Below are positions 38,258 to 47,578 of a stretch of DNA of 64,000 nucleotides, piece by piece. A program made the translations under genes and the position numbers. Numbering within the stretch: the stretch's first letter is position 1; every line of letters starts with the position of its first letter. The stretch is from Escherichia phage JLBYU08. The notes under the pieces were generated by a model. The model was not told where the DNA came from and did no database searches. It saw nothing but the letters and a program-made list of their open reading frames with translations. The stretch lies in sequence record OK272482.1; one strand, given 5' to 3'.

Positions 38258-38445
38258 ATTTTACCCCCTATGTAGTCCGGTCGGTTTTTCTCTGTCATGC
38301 GCTTAAGCAATTCTTGCATATGGCTGATAGCTTGTAGCGTGTCTTCTTCCAGGCTTGAATCTACATAATCAGGATCGTCTATGACCTTTCTATGATTATG
38401 ATAACGCAGTACCGCCAATACCTTTCTAACTTGTTCAGTATTCAT
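38254..38445 (-). CDS. hypothetical protein
   Basis: 63-aa ORF. Confidence 0.4.
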   Translation of the reverse strand: MNTEQVRKVLAVLRYHNHRKVIDDPDYVDSSLEEDTLQAISHMQELLKRMTEKNRPDYIGGKI

Positions 38446-38461
38446 TTTACATCTCCCTTAC

Positions 38462-38752
38462 TTATTGTTGGCGGTTTACGTAAGCTTTACCGTTTACGGT
38501 GATGGGCAGATCTTCCAGGTCTGGATCTTCCTTAAGGTCGCGAGCAAGCTCACCGCACCGGATACCCTCAAATCCGTAGTACTCTGTTGTACCGTCATTA
38601 AAAGTTTTAGTGGCAAGGCATAAGCGATAAGTAACCCCGATTCGATTGACGGCATGAATATCCGTTAGATTAACCTCTTTTGCCAGCTCATTAGCCATTG
38701 CAGGCGCACTAAGTCCAACAACCAGGGCAACCACTGCGATCATCTTTTTCAT
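38462..38752 (-). CDS. secreted/periplasmic protein
   Basis: Signal peptide MKKMIAVVALVVGLSAPAMA. Confidence 0.5.
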   Translation of the reverse strand: MKKMIAVVALVVGLSAPAMANELAKEVNLTDIHAVNRIGVTYRLCLATKTFNDGTTEYYGFEGIRCGELARDLKEDPDLEDLPITVNGKAYVNRQQ

Positions 38753-38843
38753 TGTGTCTATCCTCTTTCTGCTACGTTTAAGGCGGCGGTAACCGCCTGT
38801 TTATGCTTTGTTGGTTAATTTTCGGGTATCGGTATAAATTAAA

Positions 38844-39059
38844 CTATGCTGTACGCTCAACTATAACAACGGTTTGGGGGATCTCCCCTTCCACCACTAG
38901 TAAGGCCTTTTTCTGCGTGATAGATATCTTTACCCGTTGCAGCGTGGCGGTGAAGTCTTTCATTTCGTCACGCGGTGTTTTAGTGCAGTACCAGATCTCA
39001 GGCTTGCCGATCTGTAAGTTGCGTAAAAATTCTGTTTTGCCTGTTTTGTTAGTGATCAT
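38844..39059 (-). CDS. hypothetical protein
   Basis: 71-aa ORF. Confidence 0.4.
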   Translation of the reverse strand: MITNKTGKTEFLRNLQIGKPEIWYCTKTPRDEMKDFTATLQRVKISITQKKALLVVEGEIPQTVVIVERTA

Positions 39060-39068
39060 TTGCCAACC

Positions 39069-39173
39069 TCACCCGATACCGTTGGAAGACAAGATCATAT
39101 TAGACATGGTTGCAATCAGGCCAATACCCAGGGCAATAACCAAGATCACTGCATCGATTAATTTCTGTTTCAT
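39069..39173 (-). CDS. 34-aa hydrophobic micro-protein (putative)
   Basis: MKQKLIDAVILVIALGIGLIATMSNMILSSNGIG; below ORF-track cutoff. Confidence 0.3.
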   Translation of the reverse strand: MKQKLIDAVILVIALGIGLIATMSNMILSSNGIG

Positions 39174-39250
39174 AGTGTTTATTCTCTTCTGTTAGTAACC
39201 TTATTCATGGGGCCGCTACCACAGCCCCAGGGTAAGGCGGCTATGTGCTT

Positions 39251-39496
39251 TTAGTGTTTCATTCCAACCATCGCGGCACGGATCGCCGTAGTGCTGTACT
39301 TGAAGCCGTCCGGGGTCTTATCTTGTCCGGTTAGCTCCAGAAAAAGCATCATATCCCGCGCCGCATCATTACGATCAGCATTAGCGTTAATAAATCCTTG
39401 GGCCAACCGGTACAATGACTCATCGTTATTAATCCAAAGGCTTACATTCCAATGAGTTTTGTTTTTGTAACCGTTATAACCTTTATTGCTTTTCAT
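39251..39496 (-). CDS. hypothetical protein
   Basis: 81-aa ORF. Confidence 0.45.
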   Translation of the reverse strand: MKSNKGYNGYKNKTHWNVSLWINNDESLYRLAQGFINANADRNDAARDMMLFLELTGQDKTPDGFKYSTTAIRAAMVGMKH

Positions 39497-39587
39497 GGTG
39501 TTTACCTCTTCTTTGTTCCGGGTGGCGGATCATTCCACCACCTTATGTATTATGCTTTGTTAGATGGTTGTTTGTTGTCAAACTATT

Positions 39588-39767
39588 TTAACGATAATCA
39601 TCGTACGCTTTATTAACCTGGCGAATATAACATTCAAAAGCTAGATCAATAGATTCATATTCACGGATATACTCACCATAGGAAACCACATACATTTCTA
39701 TAACTTCCTCATATGCGAGGAGAATAGAATCTAAGCCTACGATCTCGGTCTTTGCAATAATAGCCAT
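39588..39767 (-). CDS. hypothetical protein (59 aa)
   Basis: ORF just below track cutoff, preceded by promoter-like TTGACA and hairpin. Confidence 0.35.
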   Translation of the reverse strand: MAIIAKTEIVGLDSILLAYEEVIEMYVVSYGEYIREYESIDLAFECYIRQVNKAYDDYR

Positions 39768-39843
39768 GATTTTTTATCCTCTTTGTGGTTGGTGGGGCTT
39801 GTTGCCCCCTTTGATTTATATACTACAGTTTTATATGGTCATG

Positions 39844-40077
39844 TCAACTATTTTCAAAAAATTTTTCTGCTGTAATATTTTTCCCGGTAGGGTTCGCTAC
39901 TTTCAAAATTTTATCATGCACTGGACGCCCAAAAGAATAAGCGCCGTACACAGTGCACCAATAATCGCCGTCAGGCTGTACTATTACAGCCGCATAGGGT
40001 ACGCCTTTTTCGTTTTTGCTGACAAAATAGATCACGTTGCCATTAATAGCCTCGGCGCGTTTAATTTGTTCCATCAT
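39844..40077 (-). CDS. hypothetical protein
   Basis: 77-aa ORF. Confidence 0.45.
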   Translation of the reverse strand: MMEQIKRAEAINGNVIYFVSKNEKGVPYAAVIVQPDGDYWCTVYGAYSFGRPVHDKILKVANPTGKNITAEKFFENS

Positions 40078-40132
40078 GATGATTTGCCTCTCTTTATTTT
40101 CATAATTGGGGGCCTTTTCGGCCCCGCCAGGT

Positions 40133-40417
40133 TTATTTATTGATAGCGTGCAGCGGGAAAGGTACGCCAGGTTGATAGATAACTTTTACAACCTCATCAG
40201 AGCAAAAGAAATTACAAAATTCACCCTGATAAGCCTCATCCTCTTTTAATTCTTCATCAACATACTGGAAAAAGTAGTCAATGCTTGGATAATCCTGACC
40301 GGGATTATATTCAACCATGGTTAATAACAATTCTTGATCATTCCGTATGATATGCATACCAGCTTTTAAGTATTTGGCTTCCATTTCTACTACATCGCCA
40401 ACGGTAACAATAGCCAT
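40133..40417 (-). CDS. hypothetical acidic protein
   Basis: 94-aa ORF. Confidence 0.45.
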   Translation of the reverse strand: MAIVTVGDVVEMEAKYLKAGMHIIRNDQELLLTMVEYNPGQDYPSIDYFFQYVDEELKEDEAYQGEFCNFFCSDEVVKVIYQPGVPFPLHAINK

Positions 40418-40547
40418 GGTTTTAACTCCTATCTATCCGGTTAATGATTGGAGGCCTCACCGCCCCCGACACCCTTTATTATCCATATTGTAGGACTTGA
40501 TGCAAGTACTTCTTTAAAAATTTTTTAAGCGCCTTGGGGGCCGCTGT

Positions 40548-40587
40548 AACGCCAAAATAATAAAGGCTATGCAACCGCATAGCCTTT
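40548..40587 (-). terminator. rho-independent terminator
   Basis: Hairpin AAAGGCTATGC-AACC-GCATAGCCTTT; minus strand followed by ATTATTTTGG. Confidence 0.55.
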
Positions 40588-40622
40588 ATGTGATTATATC
40601 GCTGCAGGCCCTGCCAGGGACC

Positions 40623-40973
40623 TTATTTTGCATTCTTTCCTATATTGCCGCTACGGTACCAGCGTTTACGGTGAAAATGGTAATAATCACCATCGGCATT
40701 GAACATCAGATGATTTTCAATAACCAGCTTACGAAGGTGGGCCGGATCTTGTTCCATTCTTGCCAGATTCTGGCGGCTGTTACGTAAGCGGATAAATTCT
40801 ATATTCAGGCCGTTGATTGCAGCATGGATGTCAAAGTAACCACCTTTGAGACGTTCACGCATGGCGTTAAGCTCAACACAATATACAGATTTCTCACAAA
40901 TCAAGGTATTAGCCAGGGCGCGGACCTGGGCAAGGGGGTTAAGCTCATTAAGGTAATATAGTTTTACTTTCAT
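40623..40973 (-). CDS. hypothetical protein
   Basis: 116-aa ORF. Confidence 0.45.
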   Translation of the reverse strand: MKVKLYYLNELNPLAQVRALANTLICEKSVYCVELNAMRERLKGGYFDIHAAINGLNIEFIRLRNSRQNLARMEQDPAHLRKLVIENHLMFNADGDYYHFHRKRWYRSGNIGKNAK

Positions 40974-40990
40974 AAAATCACCTGCTGAAA

Positions 40991-41296
40991 TTAGTTTGAG
41001 AAAACATCGTTCACAATAGCGATCACAATGCCGCCCACCTTGTCACGGTCAACAATGCACAAATCACCATAGATCATGTGGTAGTCTGGATGATCTTTGA
41101 CGGAATAGTCGATAAGTGTTTTCTTGTCATCCAGCTTACTAACTTCCATTCTCATAACGATATGAGAATCATCAAAGGCATTATTCCGAAAAGTCATAAC
41201 CTGACCGCCAGGGCACCCGGTGATTTCCACCTCCACGCCGTCTACGATCTGACCATCAAAGAAATAAAGATTATTAGCCTGGATAAACATGATCAT
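40991..41296 (-). CDS. hypothetical protein
   Basis: RBS AAAAAGGAG before ATG 41296. Confidence 0.45.
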   Translation of the reverse strand: MIMFIQANNLYFFDGQIVDGVEVEITGCPGGQVMTFRNNAFDDSHIVMRMEVSKLDDKKTLIDYSVKDHPDYHMIYGDLCIVDRDKVGGIVIAIVNDVFSN

Positions 41297-41334
41297 TACT
41301 CCTTTTTGCACTGATTATTTTAACAAGGTTTAAA

Positions 41335-41378
41335 TTTACTTTATTGATGGCCCTGGAGTCAAGGCCATCTAAAAATAA
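41335..41378. repeat. 44-bp intergenic palindromic element, copy 1 of 3
   Basis: TTTACTTTATTGATGGCCCTGGAGTCAAGGCCATCTAAAAATAA. Confidence 0.7.
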
Positions 41379-41381
41379 ATT

Positions 41382-41582
41382 TTACAGGCCTACAATCTCT
41401 TTAATTCGTTTTACTGCTGCCTCAGCGCCTTGAGGGTAAAAATTATGGTAACCAATCACGCGAGTGATACTAATCGCCGTTTGATGATCTTCATAATCAC
41501 CTTTAAAGATTTCTTGACCGTCAATCAGCACGGCAATTTTTTCTTCTTTTTTGAAGTTAATAACGCGGATATTGTTGCTCAT
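41382..41582 (-). CDS. hypothetical protein
   Basis: 66-aa ORF. Confidence 0.4.
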   Translation of the reverse strand: MSNNIRVINFKKEEKIAVLIDGQEIFKGDYEDHQTAISITRVIGYHNFYPQGAEAAVKRIKEIVGL

Positions 41583-42063
41583 TTTGTTTCTCCTTTTGGA
41601 ACTTTGTCTATGCGGTGGGGAGTGTCTCCCCGTTGATTGTTATTATCCATATTCTGGATCGGATTGCAACACTCAGGGAGAAAAAAATTTGAAAAGTTAG
41701 GCCCCCATGATCGGGGGGCCGTTCTTAGTTACTTACAGCGATAAAGTACATCCCTACGCCTAGCAATATTTCAAGGGCGATAATCTCAAGCCATACCATA
41801 ACGCGGCGCACCTTATCGGTGCATGGCTTATCCTTGGTTGTCATCGTCTCCCCCTTTCCTTCTGGTAGTAGTGACGCGATCTACAATGGCCCCCAGGAGT
41901 CCTATCCCGACACACACCACAAGAAAAATTATCTCCGCTGTTGTTCGATCCATTGTTATAAAATTCCTCAAGATCAGGCCTGAAAATAAAGCGTTCGTTA
42001 TTGAATCCATCCCGCCAGGCGGCTGGCTTCAAATCTTCACTAAAGGGATTAATTAACGTGGCA

Positions 42064-42435
42064 TTATTTAAACGGCTGGTCCACATATTTTCTATTCCTC
42101 TCAAATAGGCGATCCGCCTCAGTTAAACAAATCTCATGGGCGTGATCTCTGGTTTTAGCTTCATCGAAAACCTGTTGTGCAAGGCTGCAACGTAGGGAGA
42201 CTGGAAGATCACTATAATAGGCGTTGACAAACGTTTGAGCGTCGTACAGGTCTGAAAATACTTTACCCTTTCTATTATTCCCCTTGTCAACAATTGCAAG
42301 GATAACCAATACAATAGTTGCAACCACCCCCAGGAAAATAGATATAATAAACCATAAAAAGGCGGATCTTCCCATCTTGCCAGCGATCCAGGCGTTAAAC
42401 AAGGCAACCAATACAGCCAAAATAATAAATTCCAT
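42064..42435 (-). CDS. membrane protein
   Basis: Two TM segments; RBS AAGAGG before ATG 42435. Confidence 0.45.
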   Translation of the reverse strand: MEFIILAVLVALFNAWIAGKMGRSAFLWFIISIFLGVVATIVLVILAIVDKGNNRKGKVFSDLYDAQTFVNAYYSDLPVSLRCSLAQQVFDEAKTRDHAHEICLTEADRLFERNRKYVDQPFK

Positions 42436-42499
42436 TCTATGTACCTCTTTTACAGTTCTGATTAACAATAAGGCGGCAAATATGCCGCCTGCTACCTGA

Positions 42500-42880
42500 T
42501 TAAAAATTATCGCCGTAAATCTTTCCGCTTTCTACCCATACCACCACGCGAGGCATACTATCCCACACGTCTTGTTTTAGATTGAGCGCGTGCAATTCTT
42601 CGGTGGTGCTCATACCGGGCACGGGCTGATTGTATACTGCAAAACGACCGCCTGCATAATCATAGGCCAGGGTTAAATCACACTGGATCATCTTTTTGAT
42701 CATGGTATTAAGCATGGCGTTAGCCGCATATTGATCACGTTTTAAAGGCAACTCTTTGATTAGTTTGCGATAGTTTTCGATATGGTCGCACACTGTTTCA
42801 CGAGGAAGATCTTTCATATCTTCACGGAATGTAACCAGGTTAAACATAACGGTGTCAATAGCCTTGGTAGTGTTTTTCAT
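42500..42880 (-). CDS. hypothetical protein
   Basis: 126-aa ORF. Confidence 0.45.
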   Translation of the reverse strand: MKNTTKAIDTVMFNLVTFREDMKDLPRETVCDHIENYRKLIKELPLKRDQYAANAMLNTMIKKMIQCDLTLAYDYAGGRFAVYNQPVPGMSTTEELHALNLKQDVWDSMPRVVVWVESGKIYGDNF

Positions 42881-42970
42881 GATGTTATCCTCTTTGTTTT
42901 GTGTTGGGGCAAACGTCTTGCCCCCTTGAGTTTTAATATAGCAGGTTTTTAGGTTATTGCAACACTTTAT

Positions 42971-43594
42971 TTATGAAAAAGTCATCTCACCATATTCATC
43001 GACATCAAACCGCCAATCATTGGCCTCGATAAGGCCGATCAGGTTTTCTGCGGTGAACTGTTCTAGATAGGCCTCCTCCAGGTCTACGTAAACCTTGCGG
43101 GATAGCTCCCGTACCGTCTCGGTGATCAGTTCTTCCAGGTCTTCCACTTTGTTTTCTTGTTTGGCGGTCAGATCTAGCCAAGTGGTATCAATGTACCCGC
43201 TTACAGTGTTTTCATGGCTGTAATGGCTGTACTTGTCGCGTTCAACACTGGCTGATAACTCGCCATCGTGCATTGTGCCGAACAAGTGACGAATTGATCG
43301 GAACTTGGTCAGGGCCTTTACTTTACGCAAAAATTTTTCTAAATCCACGTTTTCAGCACTGATTGACGCGCCGTCACCCTGGCACCAAAAGCCTGACCAA
43401 TGTACTTCGGTATCTTCAAGGCCATACTCTGGAAAAACATATTCTTTATAGTATTCAATTACACTTTCTGCAAAAAAGTTATCCCCGCTGTGTTCTTCTC
43501 TTTCGCGGACCATTTCAACGGCTTTTTCTTTTTGTTCGTCGGTCAGCACGTCGAAAGATAAATTGTAACCTGCGGTAATGTTAACGGTGGTCAT
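42971..43594 (-). CDS. hypothetical acidic protein
   Basis: 207-aa ORF; promoter and hairpin upstream. Confidence 0.5.
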   Translation of the reverse strand: MTTVNITAGYNLSFDVLTDEQKEKAVEMVREREEHSGDNFFAESVIEYYKEYVFPEYGLEDTEVHWSGFWCQGDGASISAENVDLEKFLRKVKALTKFRSIRHLFGTMHDGELSASVERDKYSHYSHENTVSGYIDTTWLDLTAKQENKVEDLEELITETVRELSRKVYVDLEEAYLEQFTAENLIGLIEANDWRFDVDEYGEMTFS

Positions 43595-43651
43595 GATATT
43601 TTCTCCTATTTTCTTTGTTAGTGGCGGGAAGTTTTCCCGCCTGTGTGTTTA

Positions 43652-43679
43652 AGTATACTTATTGAGGCTTACTTGTCAA
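43652..43679 (-). promoter_or_regulatory. sigma70-like promoter (TTGACA-N16-TATACT)
   Basis: Minus-strand hexamers followed by hairpin GGCGGGAAAACTTCCCGCC in the leader. Confidence 0.45.
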
Positions 43680-43929
43680 CACTATTTTTTAAATTATTGT
43701 GGCGCAAAATGTTTAAAATCTCCTCAACGTCATCAACACGGCGGCAATTTTTAAACGCTACCAATTGCCCCATGATTTTAATCACTGGGCGGCCTTGCCA
43801 GTGCCCTTGAATAAAGCGCGCCTTAACCTTATCGGTGGAACTATCCCGCCACCAAACGGCTTTATTATTGCAGTAGTAAAAATTATTTAGGACAACATCG
43901 ACTTTATCAAAATTTTTCAATTTACGCAT
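43669..43929 (-). CDS. hypothetical protein
   Basis: 86-aa ORF. Confidence 0.4.
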   Translation of the reverse strand: MRKLKNFDKVDVVLNNFYYCNNKAVWWRDSSTDKVKARFIQGHWQGRPVIKIMGQLVAFKNCRRVDDVEEILNILRHNNLKNSVDK

Positions 43930-44112
43930 GGCGTTTACCCCCCTTACTTCTCGCTTTGATGTGATTAGTATAGCTAACCTGTTGACGATGTCAATGATAT
44001 TTTTAACGCCATGAAACGGCCCTGGGCGATGTTTTCAGGTTAAAGGGGGCGATTGCATAGGTGGGGGCCTTTTTGGCGCTTACAGGGCCAACCAGGGGCG
44101 CTATTCGTAGGA

Positions 44113-44144
44113 TAGAAATAAAAAGCCCCGCACAATGGCGGGGC
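44113..44144 (-). terminator. rho-independent terminator
   Basis: Hairpin GCCCCG-CACAATGG-CGGGGC; minus strand followed by TTTTTATTT. Confidence 0.7.
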
Positions 44145-44152
44145 GTTGGTTG

Positions 44153-44374
44153 TTATTTGTCTTTATGGCGGTATCGTTCTGCCTGTCGTTCACGTTCCAA
44201 AAGTAGGCCGGGCAATTTACGATCATAATGATTACGCCAGATCTTCCCAAACCTTTTTGGCTTATTCAGTTTATTGTTACGCTGGCGGCGTTCTGGCAGC
44301 TCTTCGGAATCATGAGGGCGCTTTACAATTTTCTCGAAATTAATTTTCATATATTCCCCCCTTGCTAACTTCAA
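44153..44374 (-). CDS. small basic protein
   Basis: 73 aa, Arg/Lys-rich. Confidence 0.4.
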   Translation of the reverse strand: MKLARGEYMKINFEKIVKRPHDSEELPERRQRNNKLNKPKRFGKIWRNHYDRKLPGLLLERERQAERYRHKDK

Positions 44375-44693
44375 TATTGGCCTGAATAGCCCGGATACGG
44401 CGCTTTATAACTTCCTGATCTGTGTGGTCGTATCCCCAAAAGTCTACAATTTTTGCGCCCCCCGCCTCCAGGCGGTATAGTGTTTCCTGCATTTTGTAAG
44501 CCGGGATCGGTCGCGGTGTTACTTGGTCACCTTCTTTATTTTTATACTTTATAATATAATCTTCGTTATCGTTGAATGCCCAAAATGGATATTCTGCAAG
44601 GGCGGTACTTCCTCTTTCCTTTTTATCCTGGATCTTATTTACAATTAAAGCCGTAGCAATAGCGCCAATAATAAAACTTGCCCCGCTGATCAT
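44340..44693 (-). CDS. membrane-anchored protein
   Basis: N-terminal TM ISGASFIIGAIATALIV. Confidence 0.45.
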   Translation of the reverse strand: MISGASFIIGAIATALIVNKIQDKKERGSTALAEYPFWAFNDNEDYIIKYKNKEGDQVTPRPIPAYKMQETLYRLEAGGAKIVDFWGYDHTDQEVIKRRIRAIQANIEVSKGGIYEN

Positions 44694-44767
44694 GTACTTT
44701 CTCCTTTCATGGTGTTAATAAATTATCTTTATAGATGGCCCTGCAACCAGGACCACCGAAAAAATAA

Positions 44768-45013
44768 CTATTTCACAATGCCTACAAAACAGATCCCGCC
44801 TTCACCTATATAAGCAATATCGGTCACTTTATAACTTGTCAAGATCTGCTTATTTAGTTCATTAATAAAATCGGTCATTGCGTTGGTGTAGTTGTCTTCC
44901 GTGTCTAAGGCATAATCCCAGGTGTACACCTTTTTACGTCCGAAGCCTTTTACCATGATACGGGCGCTTTTGGTGTTGGTAGGGGCATAATATTTGGTGA
45001 TTAGTGCTGCCAT
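44768..45013 (-). CDS. hypothetical protein
   Basis: 81-aa ORF. Confidence 0.45.
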   Translation of the reverse strand: MAALITKYYAPTNTKSARIMVKGFGRKKVYTWDYALDTEDNYTNAMTDFINELNKQILTSYKVTDIAYIGEGGICFVGIVK

Positions 45014-45046
45014 GGTTTTAACTCCTATGCATTAGTTCAGTGTTAA

Positions 45047-45090
45047 CAGTATAAAGTTTACTTTATTGATGGCCCTGGTGTCAAGGCCAT
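45047..45090. repeat. 44-bp intergenic palindromic element, copy 2 of 3
   Basis: TTTACTTTATTGATGGCCCTGGTGTCAAGGCCATCTAAAAATAA. Confidence 0.7.
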
Positions 45091-45102
45091 CTAAAAATAA
45101 GC

Positions 45103-45444
45103 TTACTCGTTTTCTTCCAGCTCCGCAAGCTCTTCTTTTGCTTCTTCTAACTCTGTCTGTAATTCCTGGTATTCTTCATCGTCCTCAATATCCAGGCTGT
45201 CGATGTAGTCGCTAAATCCGCAGCGGTAAGCGATAGGATCTAGCTCCTTGAGGATACGCGACGGAAGAAAAGAAATGTTTCCGATCATAATTTCGCCGTA
45301 GATCTCGTCTAACCATTCATCATAGTTTTCGTCGTACTTGTCCTCGTCGATTTCAAAGTTATCGATCTTATTCTCAAGGTCTGCGATCTGTTTTTTCAGT
45401 TCAGCGATCTGCATAGCTTTTTCTGAGGCGGTCATAGTAGTCAT
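45103..45444 (-). CDS. highly acidic coiled-coil protein
   Basis: 113 aa, strongly acidic (DIEDDEEYQELQTELEEAKEELAELEENE). Confidence 0.5.
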   Translation of the reverse strand: MTTMTASEKAMQIAELKKQIADLENKIDNFEIDEDKYDENYDEWLDEIYGEIMIGNISFLPSRILKELDPIAYRCGFSDYIDSLDIEDDEEYQELQTELEEAKEELAELEENE

Positions 45445-45495
45445 GGTGTTTTTCTCCTTTTGTGTGTTCTGGGAAGTTTTCCCGTTTATGTGCTT

Positions 45496-45523
45496 ATTAT
45501 ATCGATTTAAGTTAGCTTGTCAA
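45496..45523 (-). promoter_or_regulatory. sigma70-like promoter (TTGACA-N16-TATAAT)
   Basis: Minus-strand consensus hexamers; hairpin GGGAAGTTTTCCC in leader. Confidence 0.5.
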
Positions 45524-45643
45524 TTAAAAGTTTAAGAAAAATTTTGCGACACCGTTGGCGCTACCCATCAACATTTGCGCCAGGATGTACCCAATGATGC
45601 AAACGATGATGGTTACCTTTGTGTGCTGGCGTGTAGTGCTCAT
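45524..45643 (-). CDS. 39-aa hydrophobic micro-protein (putative)
   Basis: MSTTRQHTKVTIIVCIIGYILAQMLMGSANGVAKFFLNF. Confidence 0.3.
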   Translation of the reverse strand: MSTTRQHTKVTIIVCIIGYILAQMLMGSANGVAKFFLNF

Positions 45644-45677
45644 CTTTAAGCCTCCTTTTCCGCTCAACTGTGGTTAG

Positions 45678-45721
45678 TTTACTTTATTGATGGCCCTGGT
45701 GTCAAGGCCATCTAAAAATAA
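45678..45721. repeat. 44-bp intergenic palindromic element, copy 3 of 3
   Basis: Identical to copy 2. Confidence 0.7.
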
Positions 45722-45723
45722 AC

Positions 45724-46119
45724 TCAATAAGTTTTTAGTACTTTCCCGTCCAATCTGTCAAGCTGGATCTCGATAGCTGCAGAAAACCTATTGTAAACCA
45801 CATCGCCCAGGGAGTCCAGCCAATCTATGACGTTATATACCTGCTCTTTATTCTTGCAAGTCCGGATCCGTTTCATTACGTAAGACGGATCAATATTAGC
45901 GCTCTCGTTGTTGTGGTCCTGCGCCTGGCCTGCTGCGCTAGTTATAGATTTTACAACCACCTGAAAGGGCTTTAAGGTGCCTTTTGCGTTCATCTCACGC
46001 GCTTTTGCGGCGCGGTTGTTATATGTTACACAACGGCGGCAAATGTTGACCAAATGCATATCAATAATTTTTTCATCGTTTGCCAGTTCGTTCATGATGC
46101 GGCGTACGTTCTTATTCAT
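45724..46119 (-). CDS. hypothetical protein
   Basis: 131-aa ORF. Confidence 0.45.
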   Translation of the reverse strand: MNKNVRRIMNELANDEKIIDMHLVNICRRCVTYNNRAAKAREMNAKGTLKPFQVVVKSITSAAGQAQDHNNESANIDPSYVMKRIRTCKNKEQVYNVIDWLDSLGDVVYNRFSAAIEIQLDRLDGKVLKTY

Positions 46120-46201
46120 GATCTTTTTCCTTTGTGCTGGCGGGAAACATTCCAGCCTTTTGTGTCTAGTTTACTTAAATTTTGCAGCGTGTCAATGATT
46201 T

Positions 46202-46600
46202 TTATTCGTGGGCGCATGTTACAATGTGTTTTTTATAGCCCAGGTGGTCAGCAAGTGCCGACAAAAACTCTTCTTCGTAGATCCAGCCGTCGGCAGTGAT
46301 CCCCATAGCATTTAATGCGCTCTCAAGTGCTGCGTTAGCTTTATCGTAACCGTGACCGCTCGCCTTGCCGCCAGTATAACCGTACTTATTGTTCTTGTTG
46401 TCGTGAATCCAAAACACGCAGTAGTGAGTGTTCCCGCTGGCGGCGGCATAATACCGGATCTCAGCTACTTCGTGCAAATTATTGTCATCGTCCAGGCCCA
46501 CCAGATTATAAGCCTTGTAAAATCCACGATCACGGCGGCAGTTCTTGACATCAGAAAAAGAAAAGTCTGCATTATCAAAATTAAAGGTAGTGGTTTTCAT
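46202..46600 (-). CDS. hypothetical protein
   Basis: 132-aa ORF. Confidence 0.45.
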   Translation of the reverse strand: MKTTTFNFDNADFSFSDVKNCRRDRGFYKAYNLVGLDDDNNLHEVAEIRYYAAASGNTHYCVFWIHDNKNNKYGYTGGKASGHGYDKANAALESALNAMGITADGWIYEEEFLSALADHLGYKKHIVTCAHE

Positions 46601-46664
46601 GATTTTATCCTCTTAGTGTCTTTTGTGCTTTTAGTGTATTTGGTGTCGGACTGTATGTCAATAC

Positions 46665-46862
46665 TTATTTTTTATTAAACCAGTGGTTGATCTGACCTTT
46701 TGTCAGGGCGCAACGATTAAGCTGTTGCAGGGTATAGCTATGACCGCGACGAAATTTATAAAGGCCTTGCCCGTTGTTGATGGTTACATCCACCCGGCAA
46801 ATCACTTGATTGGTGACCACCTGGCGAGTGTTGCGACGTACTTTGATCCCGTATGCGTTCAT
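46665..46862 (-). CDS. small basic protein (possible DNA-binding)
   Basis: ATG 46862 with RBS AAAGAGGA; first gene after the 47-48 kb gap. Confidence 0.4.
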   Translation of the reverse strand: MNAYGIKVRRNTRQVVTNQVICRVDVTINNGQGLYKFRRGHSYTLQQLNRCALTKGQINHWFNKK

Positions 46863-46912
46863 AAATTTATCCTCTTTACTGGTTAGTGCGGTGTTGTTCA
46901 CCTTGTAGGGTA

Positions 46913-46940
46913 ATAATACCATGATTAACCTTGTTGTCAA
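46913..46940 (-). promoter_or_regulatory. sigma70-like promoter (TTGACA-N16-TATTAT)
   Basis: Minus-strand consensus hexamers. Confidence 0.5.
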
Positions 46941-47257
46941 CGACTATTTTAAATTATTTTTATGATAGAATCCACCTGCCGTCCCCGCCAGGTTAACCAC
47001 CATTTTTCGTACTCTTCTTTATGTTCCAACGCTCCCGCCATAGCCTTTTCAACCAGGGCGATAGCCTCAGAGTCATTAATAGCTACATTTTCCAGGGGGG
47101 ATCATATCATTTTTGTACCTCCTCTTCAATTGTTACCTATCCTGTAGCATAGGCCCACCAGGTTTACAAGCCTTCATTCTCCCCTACCTGGTCAGTTAGG
47201 TCCTGCCAGGCTGGCCCCGCCAGGTGGCACAATATACCTATCGAAAGGACGGCAGGC

Positions 47258-47475
47258 ACCGGTGACGGGGGAGACAACCACCGGGGATGGGCGCTGCATA
47301 AAATGAGAACGGTTATCATTATCATTTAAAAATTTATGCAAAAAAAAAAATCCTTGCTTTCTTTGTCCTGTGTGATACTATAATAACAAGCCGGGGCAAC
47401 AGGGGCCGGGAGACAATCACCGGGCCTGCCCGTTATTCTGCAAACGAGAATGATTATCATTCAAAATTCTAAATG
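47258..47475. repeat. two about 75-bp direct repeats sharing core GGGAGACAAYCACCGGG and GAGAAYGRTTATCATT
   Basis: Copies at about 47258-47335 and 47399-47475; inverted core copy at 37838-37872. Confidence 0.55.
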
Positions 47476-47578
47476 AGAACTCCTCGCATTTAATAAATTT
47501 AATTAGCACGCTAATTACCCTCCGTAACAATTTACTATAAAATAGTATCCACTAAAATATTCCCATATAGAAATTTTA

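Noticed and set aside
47340-47352. A11 homopolymer as a programmed slippage site
   Set aside because: Located in non-coding DNA with no flanking ORFs to frameshift between
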